A stretch of DNA of 64,000 nucleotides from a virus: positions 1 through 64,000 of the IMG/VR virus record IMGVR_UViG_3300026484_000002. One strand, 5' to 3'. Below the pieces are notes generated by a model that did no database searches, was not told where the DNA came from, and saw only the letters and a list, made by a program, of their open reading frames with translations. Numbering within the stretch: the stretch's first letter is position 1; each line of letters opens with the position of its first letter. Positions 27,475-37,944 of the stretch are shown here, in pieces. The translations under genes and the position numbers were made by a program.

Positions 27475-29487
27475 ATGAACAAACCAAAAATAAATAAAGC
27501 AGAGCTTCTGGCTAATTTAAAAGCTGATATGGCTGCTGCCGATACTTCTCGCAAACAAATAGATTCAGAAATTAAACAAAGAAGAAGTGTTTATAATGGC
27601 GAGCCTTACGGAAATGAAGAAAAAGGTAAAAGCAGGATTGTTCCAAAAGTAGCTAAGAGGCAACAAGCTTGGGCTCATCCTTCTCTCAAAGAACCATTTG
27701 TAAGTACACCTAATTTAGTTAGATTTTCTCCTATCACATATGAAGATGTTCCTGCTGCAAGACAAAATGAAATACTACTAAATAGCCAATTCTGTAGACA
27801 ATTTGATAGATATAATTTTATGACTAAAGTACTTAAAGTATTAGAAGTTGATGCTACGGTATTTGTTCAAACTGGATGGGAATATGAAGAAGAAAAAGTA
27901 GTTCAAGAAGTTGATGTTATAGAAATAGATGAAACTACTGGTGAAAGATATATTGCTAAAGTTGAAGAAGAAGTATTGGTTCCAACTGTAAATAAACCTA
28001 CTGCAAGAGTTTGTAGAAGTGAAGATATATATGTGGATCCAACTTGTGAAGATAATTTAGACAAAGCTCAATTTCTTATATATAGATATGAAACTGATTT
28101 AAGTACATTGCGAAAAGATCCAAGATATAAAAACCTTGATAAAGTTGCAAAAGCTGGAACTAGAGAAGATCTAGATTATGAAGATCCAGATCCTACTAAC
28201 TTTGAATTTAAAGATGCACCTAGAAAGAAATTGTTGGTTCATGAATATTGGGGAAATTATGATATTAACGGAGATGGAATAGCAGAACCAATAGTTTGTG
28301 TTTGGGTAGATGATATAATTATTAGATTGCAAGACAACCCATATCCAGATAAAAAGATTCCATTCCTAAGCTGTGCTGCAGATAGTGTTCCATTTCAATT
28401 GCATGGTGAAAATGATATAGATAATATTGAAGATCAGCAACAAGTAATTACAGCTGTGACTAGAGGTATTATAAATAATATGGCTTCTAGCAACAATGGA
28501 CAAACAGGTATTCGTAAAGGTGCATTAGATCCAGTTCAAAAGAAACGAATGTTAGATGGTAAGAATTTTGAATTCAATGGATCTCCTGGAGATATCTGGC
28601 AGGGTAGCTACAATGCTATACCAAACAGTGCATTTCAAATGTTACAGATGATGAATGGTGAAGTAGATAGTCTAACAGGTACTAAAAGTTTTAGTGGTGG
28701 TATTAATGGCGGGAGTCTTGGATCTAGTGCTACAGCAGCAAGAGGTGTGCTTGATAGTACAGCAATCAGAAGACTAGACAAAGTAAGGAACATTGCAGAG
28801 AATTTAATTAAACCATTAATTAGAAAATGGATGTCATATAATAGTGAATTCTTAAGTGACGAAGAAGTAGTTAGAGCTACTAATGATGAACATGTTGCAA
28901 TAAGAAAAAGTGAGCTACAAGGCAGATTTGATTTAGATATAGAAATTAGTACACCTGAAGATGATACAGCTAAAAGAAATGAACTAGGGTTCCTTCTTCA
29001 AACGATGGGACCAAACCTACCATTTGAAATGACACAATTAATTTTAGGTGAAATAGCTAGATTAAACAGAATGCCTAAATTAGAAAAAGATATTAAAGAT
29101 TATAAACCTCAGCAAGATCCAATTAAAGAGCAACTAAAACAAATAGAACTAGAAAAAGCAAAAGCTGATATTGCAAAAGTTAAAGCAGATATTCAAAAAA
29201 TATATACTGAAAGTATTGAAAACAAAGATGGAGATTTGGCTAAAAAATCAGCTCAAGCAGAAGTACTTAGGGCACAAGCAAAACTTCTTGAAAGTAAAGC
29301 AGACATGGAAGATCTTAAATTTGTTAAAATGGACAATCAGACAGATGAACAATTTCAGCTTGAGAAGATTCAAATGGAGAATGAGCTTAAAGCTAAAATA
29401 GCTGCACTTAAAGAAGAATATAAAATAAAACAAATGAATATCCAAGTTGATAATGGAGATTCCAACATTGGTATACCAAGAGCATAG
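27475..29487 (+). CDS. portal protein (N4 gp59-like)
   Basis: 670 aa; LKEPF, PITYED, EYWG.YDI.GDG, NPYPDKKIPF, LQTMGP motifs; synteny. Confidence 0.9.
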   Translation: MNKPKINKAELLANLKADMAAADTSRKQIDSEIKQRRSVYNGEPYGNEEKGKSRIVPKVAKRQQAWAHPSLKEPFVSTPNLVRFSPITYEDVPAARQNEILLNSQFCRQFDRYNFMTKVLKVLEVDATVFVQTGWEYEEEKVVQEVDVIEIDETTGERYIAKVEEEVLVPTVNKPTARVCRSEDIYVDPTCEDNLDKAQFLIYRYETDLSTLRKDPRYKNLDKVAKAGTREDLDYEDPDPTNFEFKDAPRKKLLVHEYWGNYDINGDGIAEPIVCVWVDDIIIRLQDNPYPDKKIPFLSCAADSVPFQLHGENDIDNIEDQQQVITAVTRGIINNMASSNNGQTGIRKGALDPVQKKRMLDGKNFEFNGSPGDIWQGSYNAIPNSAFQMLQMMNGEVDSLTGTKSFSGGINGGSLGSSATAARGVLDSTAIRRLDKVRNIAENLIKPLIRKWMSYNSEFLSDEEVVRATNDEHVAIRKSELQGRFDLDIEISTPEDDTAKRNELGFLLQTMGPNLPFEMTQLILGEIARLNRMPKLEKDIKDYKPQQDPIKEQLKQIELEKAKADIAKVKADIQKIYTESIENKDGDLAKKSAQAEVLRAQAKLLESKADMEDLKFVKMDNQTDEQFQLEKIQMENELKAKIAALKEEYKIKQMNIQVDNGDSNIGIPRA

Positions 29488-29498
29488 GAGATAATAAA

Positions 29499-29759
29499 AT
29501 GGGAATATTAGATAATGCAAGATATGCAGAAATAGGTAAAAAGTCTGAAGCTAAAAAGCTAGTTGATACTGCAATTAACGCAGCTGCTCCTAAAATAGCA
29601 GAAGCAACACTTAGAGAACACGGTCCAATTATTGAACGAATAGCACTCAATAAATATGGACCAGTAATTCATAAGCGTGCAGTAGGAGAAACTTTAGCTA
29701 ATCTTGGTATAGGTATTTCCAATAGTGGAAATGGCTTATCAAGTTTGGGCTTTAGTTAA
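29499..29759 (+). CDS. hypothetical protein
   Basis: 86 aa, AGGAG SD. Confidence 0.7.
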   Translation: MGILDNARYAEIGKKSEAKKLVDTAINAAAPKIAEATLREHGPIIERIALNKYGPVIHKRAVGETLANLGIGISNSGNGLSSLGFS

Positions 29760-29788
29760 AATTTAAACAAATAAAAAAGGATAATAAA

Positions 29789-30067
29789 ATGAATGAAGAA
29801 CAAGGCTTAAGTACAATGGGTGTAGAACCACAAGGAGTTACTGTTGAAAATCCTATTCAAGAAGGACAAGTAGCTGGAGGTATAACTGTAGAAGAAGTAA
29901 TTCAATTACTTATGTCAGGAAAGAATCCTCAGGAATTAGCTGAAGTTGGAGTTCCAGTTGAAATTATAAAACAAGCTATTCAGATCATTCAACAGCAGGT
30001 TCAGGAACAACAAGCACAAGATCAGATGCCACAACAAGGTGGTTTGAGTCAAATTGGCATACAATAA
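29789..30067 (+). CDS. hypothetical Gln-rich protein
   Basis: 92 aa, AAGGA SD. Confidence 0.7.
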   Translation: MNEEQGLSTMGVEPQGVTVENPIQEGQVAGGITVEEVIQLLMSGKNPQELAEVGVPVEIIKQAIQIIQQQVQEQQAQDQMPQQGGLSQIGIQ

Positions 30068-30141
30068 CTTAAAGCACTCTTAAGTTTAAAGTTTGTATAA
30101 TGCCCATAACGGATAATATCCGAACATCAACCTAAAAAGGA

Positions 30142-30474
30142 ATGTATTTAATGGATACAATTAATCAACATCAAGCAGGTGAAAACCCTTTAGATTACTG
30201 GACTGACATGGCAATGTCATTGGATCGCTTAGAAGTAAATGATGACTTTAAGAAAGTTATTCTAGAAGGTTATTTTAAAGACAAAGCAGTTAGTGGAGTA
30301 AGTATTTTAGCTAGTGATCAAGTGAAAGCTAGTGGAAGACGCACAGATGTAATGGAAGGGCTAATCGCTATAAGTTCACTACAAGATCATTTTCAAACTA
30401 TCAAAGCTATGCGTCAAGCAGCTGAAGATGAAGCTGAGTATGAAGATGAAGATGCTGAAACAGTAGAAGGATAA
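30142..30474 (+). CDS. N4 gp58-like protein
   Basis: LDRLEVNDDFKKVILEGYF motif; lies between portal and scaffold. Confidence 0.7.
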   Translation: MYLMDTINQHQAGENPLDYWTDMAMSLDRLEVNDDFKKVILEGYFKDKAVSGVSILASDQVKASGRRTDVMEGLIAISSLQDHFQTIKAMRQAAEDEAEYEDEDAETVEG

Positions 30475-30478
30475 TTAA

Positions 30479-31624
30479 ATGGCATATACTGAAGAAGAAT
30501 TATTTGACATGTCAGATGAAGAATTATCCGCTGCTATGGCTGAAGAAAGAGCTGAACTTCAATCTCCAGAAACAGATTTGGATCCAGAGGTAAAAACACA
30601 AACTGAACAAGATGGACCTGAAGATGAAGAGACTTTTGAAGAAGAAACGGAACAACCTGAAGAGGAATCCGCAGACCCTGAAGAAGGTCATGACAGTGAA
30701 ACACCAGAAGACGAGGAAGTACCAGTAGAAACTGATAACACAGATGCTGATAATACTGAAACTGAAAATGATGAAGTAACACAACCTAAAGCAGACGAAG
30801 AAAAAGCTGAAATTAAAAAGTATAAGTACAAAGCCAATGGTCAAGAATTTGAATTTACACAAGACGAAGTTGTGAATCAATTCGGAAAAGTATTTGGTCA
30901 AGCTATGAACTATACTAAGAAGATGCAAGCTATTGCTCCATATCGTAAAATGATTAGTGCTTTAGAAGATGAGGGGATCTCAGAAGATGATATGAATCTA
31001 ATGATTGATGCTCTTAAAGGGAATAAAGATGCAGTTACTAACTTAGTTAAACGAGCAAACGTAGATGTACTCGATTTAGACTTGGATCAGGAAACTAATT
31101 ATAAGCCCAATAGTTATGGACGTGATGAGAGTGAACTTAGACTAAAAGAAGTAATAGATGATATTTCTTCAGATAAAGAATTTGTTATTACACAAAATGT
31201 TGTTTCAGAACAATGGGATGATGCAAGTAGAGATGTATTTGCAAAAGATCCAGAGTTAATTAAGGAACTTCATATTGATGTACAAAATGGAACTTTTGAT
31301 AAAGTTAGTCCACTTGCTATGAAAATGAAAGTAATTGATGGTGGGAAACATTCCGACCTTGAATACTATATTGAAGCAGGCAAGCAGTATCACACTCAAT
31401 CACGTGCTGCGGAATTACAACAAATTGAGTTAGAGCGACAAAAAGAGCTAGAATCTGTTCAAGTAAAACAACAACAACGGACAAAAGTAAAAGAAGAAGC
31501 TCCTAGACGAAAAGCAGCTACTATACCAACAAGAAGAACCAGCACAAATAAAGTGACTGACTACTTGGATGATTCAGATGAAGCATTTGATGAATGGTAT
31601 AAGAAGTTGCAAGACAGCATGTAA
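30479..31624 (+). CDS. scaffold-like protein (N4 gp57-like)
   Basis: Acidic disordered N-terminus, YKANG..., MNYTKKMQAI, C-terminal SDEAFD; precedes MCP. Confidence 0.8.
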   Translation: MAYTEEELFDMSDEELSAAMAEERAELQSPETDLDPEVKTQTEQDGPEDEETFEEETEQPEEESADPEEGHDSETPEDEEVPVETDNTDADNTETENDEVTQPKADEEKAEIKKYKYKANGQEFEFTQDEVVNQFGKVFGQAMNYTKKMQAIAPYRKMISALEDEGISEDDMNLMIDALKGNKDAVTNLVKRANVDVLDLDLDQETNYKPNSYGRDESELRLKEVIDDISSDKEFVITQNVVSEQWDDASRDVFAKDPELIKELHIDVQNGTFDKVSPLAMKMKVIDGGKHSDLEYYIEAGKQYHTQSRAAELQQIELERQKELESVQVKQQQRTKVKEEAPRRKAATIPTRRTSTNKVTDYLDDSDEAFDEWYKKLQDSM

Positions 31625-31635
31625 AAATGCTGTCT
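31612..31635 (+). promoter_or_regulatory. hairpin upstream of the MCP RBS
   Basis: AGACAGCAT-GTAAAA-ATGCTGTCT perfect 9-bp stem. Confidence 0.45.
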
Positions 31636-31655
31636 AACTAAACAAGGAAAATATA

Positions 31656-32837
31656 ATGGCAATTCAATCTTATAATAGTGGGACAGATTCGTCTCAAGGT
31701 CCAAATGCAACTTTAGCTTTTTATCAAAAAGCAGGTATTAAAGCTGCAAATAGAGTAAATGTATATGGTCAGTGGGCAAGTAAAAAATTCATGCCTAAAA
31801 AAATGGGTAAAACATTTAAAATTAGTAAATTCATGCATATGTATGATAGAGCTCTAAGTGATGGTGCTTTTGATTCTAAAGGATATTTATCTGGTAGAGA
31901 TTTAACTGCTGTTCAAACATTACTTGCAGCTACTGATGGTACAGGTGTTTCTCTTACAGAAGGTGCTGGTGCAACCAACGAGCGTACACTTCAAAAAGTT
32001 ACTGTTGAAGCGACATTTGCACGCTATGGTGAAATGATTTCTTATACTGATGAAGTAGAATTATTTTCTGAAGACGCAATGCAAGTACGTTACCGTGAAG
32101 AGCTTGGTGAATTAGCTAATAGTCGTTATGAAGATCTGATCCAATTAGATATGTTATCTACTCCTACAAGAGCTTATACTGGTACAGCTACTTCAGCGGC
32201 AACACTTGGTGATGGTGCAGCAGCAGATGGTTCTGACGATGCTCTTTGGAAAATTTCATATGATTCAGTTCGTAAAGCAGTGCGTAGACTTGTTCGTAAC
32301 CGTGCTAAGAAAAATACACAAGTTGTAACTGGATCTACTAAAATTGATACTAAAACAATTGCTCCTGCATTTTATGGTATCATTGATGCTGATACTAAAT
32401 CAGATTTAGAAACATTAACTCGTGGTTCAGGTGCTGAAGCTGAGTTTGTTTATGTTCCTTTCCACAAATATGGTGATGCTGCAACTGCTGCTCAAGGTGA
32501 AGTTGGTGCAATGCATGAGGTTCGTTTTATTGAATCTGAAGGTGCTCTAGTTGATTATGGTAAAGGTGCTGCTCTTCCAGATGATTATGCTGGTACACTT
32601 GCTAATGATGGTACAAAATTTGATGTTCACCACATCTTATTCCCTACGCAAGATTCTTTTGCAACAGTGGGTCTTAAAGGTATGGGTCGTATTAAATTTC
32701 ACGCTAAATCTCCAGAGAACGTAAGTGAAACTAATCCATTTGGAACAAAAGGGTTCTTCAGTTATAATTTCTTCTATGCAGGAATTATCTTACAACCTGA
32801 GAAACTTCTTAAACTTTCATTGTTAGTATCTAAATAG
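31656..32837 (+). CDS. major capsid protein (N4 gp56 family)
   Basis: 393 aa; MPKKMGKT, LTEGAG, TGSTKIDTKTI, GEVG, NPFG.KGF motifs; high-expression codon bias. Confidence 0.92.
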   Translation: MAIQSYNSGTDSSQGPNATLAFYQKAGIKAANRVNVYGQWASKKFMPKKMGKTFKISKFMHMYDRALSDGAFDSKGYLSGRDLTAVQTLLAATDGTGVSLTEGAGATNERTLQKVTVEATFARYGEMISYTDEVELFSEDAMQVRYREELGELANSRYEDLIQLDMLSTPTRAYTGTATSAATLGDGAAADGSDDALWKISYDSVRKAVRRLVRNRAKKNTQVVTGSTKIDTKTIAPAFYGIIDADTKSDLETLTRGSGAEAEFVYVPFHKYGDAATAAQGEVGAMHEVRFIESEGALVDYGKGAALPDDYAGTLANDGTKFDVHHILFPTQDSFATVGLKGMGRIKFHAKSPENVSETNPFGTKGFFSYNFFYAGIILQPEKLLKLSLLVSK

Positions 32838-32850
32838 ATATAGCAAATGC

Positions 32851-32879
32851 GCCTAGCTTCGGCTAGGTTAGCTACTTTT
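32851..32879 (+). terminator. probable terminator after MCP
   Basis: GCCTAGC-TTCG-GCTAGGT hairpin with an imperfect U-tract. Confidence 0.6.
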
Positions 32880-32980
32880 CCCCTTCAAATTAATTAACCT
32901 ATCCTTAAGAGTAACTTAGATAAAATATAGCAATTGAGACTGCTCAATAAACTAAACAACCAAAACAAAGGACTTAGCGA

Positions 32981-33484
32981 ATGGCAAAGTTAGACGAATT
33001 AAAGCAAGAAGCAAAAGAGCTTGGACTACAATTTAGTCCCAATATCGGAGAAAGCAAACTTGCTGATAAAATTGAAGAATACTACAAAGCACAAGAAACA
33101 AGTGGTGTAGTTATCAAAGAAGAAGTCAATGAAGACGAATCAGAACCAGTAAAAAAGTCTGTTAATAGACTAGGTGAATTAGCTAGAAATGCAGAATTAG
33201 CTGCTAGAAAAACTAGTATAATTACTATTACTGACAACGATCAAAGAGAAAACAATCAAACAACTACAGTTTCTGTAACATGTGGTAATGATCATTTTGA
33301 TTTAGGTCTAAAACGTATTCCACTTAATATTCCAGTGGAAGTAGAACAAGGTTTTATCAATGTTCTTAAAGAGATCCAAATCCCATTAGCAGTTAGAAAT
33401 ATTGATGGTTCCATTAATACTGTAATGAGAAACAGATATTCTATTAGTTATGAAAATGAATTAAAAGATTCAGATAAAGAATAA
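32981..33484 (+). CDS. N4 gp55-like protein
   Basis: LKQEAKELGLQFSPNIG N-terminus; follows MCP. Confidence 0.7.
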   Translation: MAKLDELKQEAKELGLQFSPNIGESKLADKIEEYYKAQETSGVVIKEEVNEDESEPVKKSVNRLGELARNAELAARKTSIITITDNDQRENNQTTTVSVTCGNDHFDLGLKRIPLNIPVEVEQGFINVLKEIQIPLAVRNIDGSINTVMRNRYSISYENELKDSDKE

Positions 33485-33490
33485 TAATTT

Positions 33491-33518
33491 AATACAGCCT
33501 ATTTAGATAGGTTGTATT
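33491..33518 (+). promoter_or_regulatory. intergenic hairpin
   Basis: AATACAGCCTAT-TTAG-ATAGGTTGTATT. Confidence 0.5.
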
Positions 33519-33542
33519 TAGATTATAATAAAGGTAAAGCAT

Positions 33543-33974
33543 ATGGCTATAGCAATGACAGATTTTACTAATGATGTATCAATTGACAACAATTACAATG
33601 TTACTGGTAATGGAATTTTTGATGACATGATGGAAGCCATAAACAGTAATATTAAAGCTCAATACGATGCAGGAAGAATAACAGGAGCCGATTATGCTTC
33701 TGTATATTTAGGGGCTATGCAAACAGCAATTAGTCAATCTGCACAAATTATGTTAAATAAAGCATTAGTTGATGCACAAGTTGCTAGTGAAGAAGCAAAA
33801 ACTGCGTTAACTACAACACAAGACACTAATGCTCAAAAACAAATCACAATAGATCTACTTAAAATTCAAGCTGGATCTTGGACTACAATCTACAACAGCG
33901 GCAAGGCAGATAATGTTCCTGATTTGTTAACAAATACAGAAATAAATAGCTTATTTAATAGTTTAAAGGATTAA
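33543..33974 (+). CDS. virion protein (N4 gp54 N-terminal-like)
   Basis: GNGIFDDMM...GRITGADYA motif; synteny. Confidence 0.65.
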   Translation: MAIAMTDFTNDVSIDNNYNVTGNGIFDDMMEAINSNIKAQYDAGRITGADYASVYLGAMQTAISQSAQIMLNKALVDAQVASEEAKTALTTTQDTNAQKQITIDLLKIQAGSWTTIYNSGKADNVPDLLTNTEINSLFNSLKD

Positions 33975-33975
33975 T

Positions 33976-34341
33976 ATGATAAGTATGATAATACCAAAAG
34001 GTCGTGATTATTCTTTTACTGTAAAAGTATTACAAAGAGATAGTTTTTTACCTCAAGATTTAACAAATATGAGTAATACTAGTTCTTTGCGTTTAATTGA
34101 GTCAGAGAGCGGAAGTACAATAATTACTGCAACTCCACAAATCTATGATGCTCATAATGGTATCTTAGAATGCACTCTTGTAGATAGTGACACAAATTCT
34201 TTAAAAACAGAACGAGGAGACAAGGTCGATGGGTATTATTCTAAACCATTATATAAAGCTTTATTAGAAGTAAAATTTACAGATGATACTGCACCAGTCA
34301 CAACTGTAATAGACAATATAGCTACGATAGCAGTAGGATAA
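33976..34341 (+). CDS. hypothetical structural protein (beta-rich)
   Basis: 121 aa in the tail region. Confidence 0.65.
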   Translation: MISMIIPKGRDYSFTVKVLQRDSFLPQDLTNMSNTSSLRLIESESGSTIITATPQIYDAHNGILECTLVDSDTNSLKTERGDKVDGYYSKPLYKALLEVKFTDDTAPVTTVIDNIATIAVG

Positions 34342-34345
34342 AAAT

Positions 34346-37300
34346 ATGAGTAAAGATATAAATGTATTGACAGGCAGTGACACCGCAGTTAATAATAGTG
34401 TAACATCTGGATCCACTACTCAAACAAATGTATTAATATCTTCACCAATAGAAGTATTAAATACAGATTATGTAATTGGAACTAGAGGTTTGTATAATGG
34501 TTCTTTGCTTGGTGGTGTGCCTAGCTGGGTAGATGAAGCTGTTGCTTATAATGTAACTCAAAAATTAGTAGATATTCAAAATCAATTCTCTACATTAGAT
34601 TTATCATTTCATAATGAAGTTGATAGAATAGATGATGAAATAGTTAATGTAGAGAATAGCGTTTTATTGAATTTAAGATCAGAAATAAATACTACAAAAA
34701 CAGATATACTGGCAGAGCTACATCAAGATTATATTAAAACTGCAAATACAAATGAAGCTATTGCAGAGTTAAATACAAACCTAACTAGTAGTTTTCAATC
34801 ATACACAGATACATCAATATCTAACTTAGAACAAGTATATAAAACAATAGCAAGTGCAGATAAAGCTATTGTTACTGCAAAAACAGAACTCACTTCAACA
34901 TTTAATAGTAACATTGCAAATGCCTTAGTTGAATATCAAACCAAAGCTACAGCAGGTAGTGTTGAATCTAGAATTAGAACAGATTTGTCTACTCAAATTG
35001 ATAATAACATTTCCTCATTATCAGAAGTTTATTTATCTAAGGTTGATGCTACCGATGCAGAAGCCTCACTTACTAGTACTTTAACTGCCACATTTAATAC
35101 TGGACTAGATGAACTATCAGCATCTATCCAAACTACAGATGAAGTTGTTGCTGGATATTTTTCAGAATATACAGATGAGTCAGTGGATCCAAAACTTGGT
35201 CAATTTAAATTAATAGATGGAGTTCAGTATCAATATCTTGGTGGATACCTAGGCATAAACAGTGATGGTTGGGTAAGAACAGATCAGAGTACATATGATT
35301 ACACAGTTGGACAAACAAATTATCTAACTAATTTAGTCAATGCTCAGGCTTCTGCTTTACAAGGGCAAATAGATGGATCCATCACAACATGGTTTGATAC
35401 TGGATCTCCTGAATTTAGTGAGTTATTTGCAACATACCAAAGCGACACGAACAACACAGATGACAACAGCCAGGATTTAACGGCAGGTAATTTTGTATGG
35501 AATGTAGCTGATAATCAAATGTTTAAATATACTGGATCAGACGCAAATATAGATTTGAATTCAGTAGACTATGTTGGAAGTTCTGATTGGTTAGCTATCT
35601 ATAGAATAAATCCAAAAGAAGAAACATGGTATGATACTGATGGTATTGATACTAGCAATAATTATTATTGGTATGAAGATGGAAAAATACGTCCACTAAA
35701 AGATGCTGATACTCCTGCTACAATAGAAGAGAGAGGTAAACATATTGGAGATCTTTACTATGATAGAGATACCGGATATGGATATCGATTTGCATATGAA
35801 GATATTGTAGATATTCCAGATGAAGGAGTAATATTTAGCTGGATTAGAATCACAGATGTAGACATAACGAAAGCATTAGGTGATGCTGCAAACGCTCAAG
35901 CTTCAGCAGATGGAAAAGTAACTATGTTTAGCGAACCGACATTGAATGATGCAACAAATATGTCAAACAGCTGGACTTCAGATGAAAAAATTGAACATAT
36001 AGGAGATTTAAATGTATATCAAGATAAATCTCTGGTAGTATGGGATGGTGAAAATTGGGTTGATACTACAAATTCTACAGCAAATGAAGCTCATGGATGG
36101 GCAGGTTCTGCGAGTAAGCTTATTGGACCTGTAGATAAAAATGGAAAACTAATTGGTCCTATAACTGGTTGGGCGTTCGCTGCTGCTGGAGATAGTCCTG
36201 ATGCTAATCAAATATCAGAATTTGCTATACATGCTAATCATTTTTATATACAAAACTCTGATAGTGATTTTACTGATGACAAGTATAGACCATTTGAAAT
36301 AAATGGTTCAGATATATATTTTAATGGTAAGGTTACATTCGCCAATACAACAGGAGTTCCTGCATTTGGAAGCAATAACTTGTTGACTAATTCCGAACCT
36401 GCTCTTGGTAATGAAACTGATGGTTGGATTATTGGTGGGTATACTACTGACATTGTCCCTGATAGCATTAGAGATGGTTGGGATGTATGGAGACCAACTG
36501 GCAGTGGAAGTGTAGCAGTTCACATTTCTGGTGAACCTACATCAGGAGGTACATTTGACGTTACACAAACTAAAAAAATACCTGTTAAGGCAGGCAAGAG
36601 ATATGAAGCTACATCACTTATATCAAGCCATAGATGTAATAGTAAGGTTGTACTTTCATTCTACAATTCGGATGGTGAGTACATGAGCAAACATGAAATA
36701 GGCACAGTAAATACTAGTGTATCACATTCAGGATTATTGAGTGCCTGGACTAGGTATGGTGGATTTATTACTATACCCACAGATGTGGCAACAGTATCTT
36801 TCTGTGTGAGATCAGTAGTAACTGGTAAATCTCCTTACTGCTTCGTAGCACAAGCCTACTTGGGAGAGGCTACAGAGTTACAGACTGAATTTAGCCCATG
36901 GAGTGAAGGTATTTTAGCTACATATAACTTAGCAAATAAAGATATGAGTAATGTTACTACTATAGATGGTGGTAAAATTACTACTGGATATATAAATGCA
37001 AATAGAATAAAAGCAGACAGTATAACAGCTGATAAGATAAAAGCAAATGCTATAACAGCTGATAAAATAAAAGCAGACAGTATAACAGCTGATAAGATAA
37101 AAGCAAATGCTATAACAGCTGATGACATTACTACTGGTACTTTAACGGCAGATGTTATCAAAAGTAAGAGTATCACTTATTCTGAGGTAAAGAAAGGTAC
37201 AATTAATGTAGCAGGAGATCAAACAACTTTTGCTACACATACTTATGATAATAGCGGAGGATCTTCTACTCTTATAGTAGTAAATACTTTAATTCCTGGA

Positions 37301-37495
37301 GATGCTTTAAAGACTATTCGCCTATACAAAGATGGGGAACAAATTTACCAATCCGCTAATAATTTAGATTGGAGTTATACGTTAAGTATAGTAGATGACC
37401 CTGGGGACAGTACATATGTTGTTAAAATGGACGGTTACGACACTGGTGATGCTGATGTTACTTATTATATTTCTTTTATATACTTTAAAAAATAA
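34346..37495 (+). CDS. tail fibre / host-specificity protein
   Basis: N-terminal coiled coil, QIDGSITTWF, HIGDL repeats, CBM-like NLLTNSE module, TTIDGGKITTG and ITADKI repeats. Confidence 0.75.
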   Translation: MSKDINVLTGSDTAVNNSVTSGSTTQTNVLISSPIEVLNTDYVIGTRGLYNGSLLGGVPSWVDEAVAYNVTQKLVDIQNQFSTLDLSFHNEVDRIDDEIVNVENSVLLNLRSEINTTKTDILAELHQDYIKTANTNEAIAELNTNLTSSFQSYTDTSISNLEQVYKTIASADKAIVTAKTELTSTFNSNIANALVEYQTKATAGSVESRIRTDLSTQIDNNISSLSEVYLSKVDATDAEASLTSTLTATFNTGLDELSASIQTTDEVVAGYFSEYTDESVDPKLGQFKLIDGVQYQYLGGYLGINSDGWVRTDQSTYDYTVGQTNYLTNLVNAQASALQGQIDGSITTWFDTGSPEFSELFATYQSDTNNTDDNSQDLTAGNFVWNVADNQMFKYTGSDANIDLNSVDYVGSSDWLAIYRINPKEETWYDTDGIDTSNNYYWYEDGKIRPLKDADTPATIEERGKHIGDLYYDRDTGYGYRFAYEDIVDIPDEGVIFSWIRITDVDITKALGDAANAQASADGKVTMFSEPTLNDATNMSNSWTSDEKIEHIGDLNVYQDKSLVVWDGENWVDTTNSTANEAHGWAGSASKLIGPVDKNGKLIGPITGWAFAAAGDSPDANQISEFAIHANHFYIQNSDSDFTDDKYRPFEINGSDIYFNGKVTFANTTGVPAFGSNNLLTNSEPALGNETDGWIIGGYTTDIVPDSIRDGWDVWRPTGSGSVAVHISGEPTSGGTFDVTQTKKIPVKAGKRYEATSLISSHRCNSKVVLSFYNSDGEYMSKHEIGTVNTSVSHSGLLSAWTRYGGFITIPTDVATVSFCVRSVVTGKSPYCFVAQAYLGEATELQTEFSPWSEGILATYNLANKDMSNVTTIDGGKITTGYINANRIKADSITADKIKANAITADKIKADSITADKIKANAITADDITTGTLTADVIKSKSITYSEVKKGTINVAGDQTTFATHTYDNSGGSSTLIVVNTLIPGDALKTIRLYKDGEQIYQSANNLDWSYTLSIVDDPGDSTYVVKMDGYDTGDADVTYYISFIYFKK
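37007..37126 (+). repeat. 4 x 30-nt tandem repeat (2 x 60-nt higher-order unit)
   Basis: Alternating IKADSITADK and IKANAITADK, near-identical at DNA level. Confidence 0.9.
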
Positions 37496-37503
37496 GGAAA
37501 ACA

Positions 37504-37941
37504 ATGATATACTTTAAAATACAAGACACTTTAGTCATAAAGGCAACCTTGGCTGAAATAGAAGGATTTACTCCAATAGACACAGATAAACCTTATGACT
37601 ACTTTTGTGACCATCTATATGACATATATTATAAGGATGGAGAGTTCATTAAAATTCCTAATGAACATTTTTATATCGAGCAGAAGTTAAATCTAGAAGC
37701 AAATAAAGAAAGTAGACTAAATAGCATTAAGGTAACTACTAAGGCTGGGAATGTTTTTGATGGTGACGAGAAATCACAAGACAGGATGTCTAAAATTTTA
37801 TTAAGAAGTACTCTGATTGATGATACAAAAACTGATTGGAAATTAGCTGATAATAGCATAGTGACAATCAGTTTTGATGAACTAAAAGAAGCTTTATCTT
37901 TAGCAATAAAAGAAATGAGTAACATAATTTTAAAAGGATAA
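37504..37941 (+). CDS. tail fibre assembly-type protein (DUF4376-like)
   Basis: FDGDEKSQDRM...WKLADN motif; follows the fibre gene. Confidence 0.65.
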   Translation: MIYFKIQDTLVIKATLAEIEGFTPIDTDKPYDYFCDHLYDIYYKDGEFIKIPNEHFYIEQKLNLEANKESRLNSIKVTTKAGNVFDGDEKSQDRMSKILLRSTLIDDTKTDWKLADNSIVTISFDELKEALSLAIKEMSNIILKG

Positions 37942-37944
37942 TAA

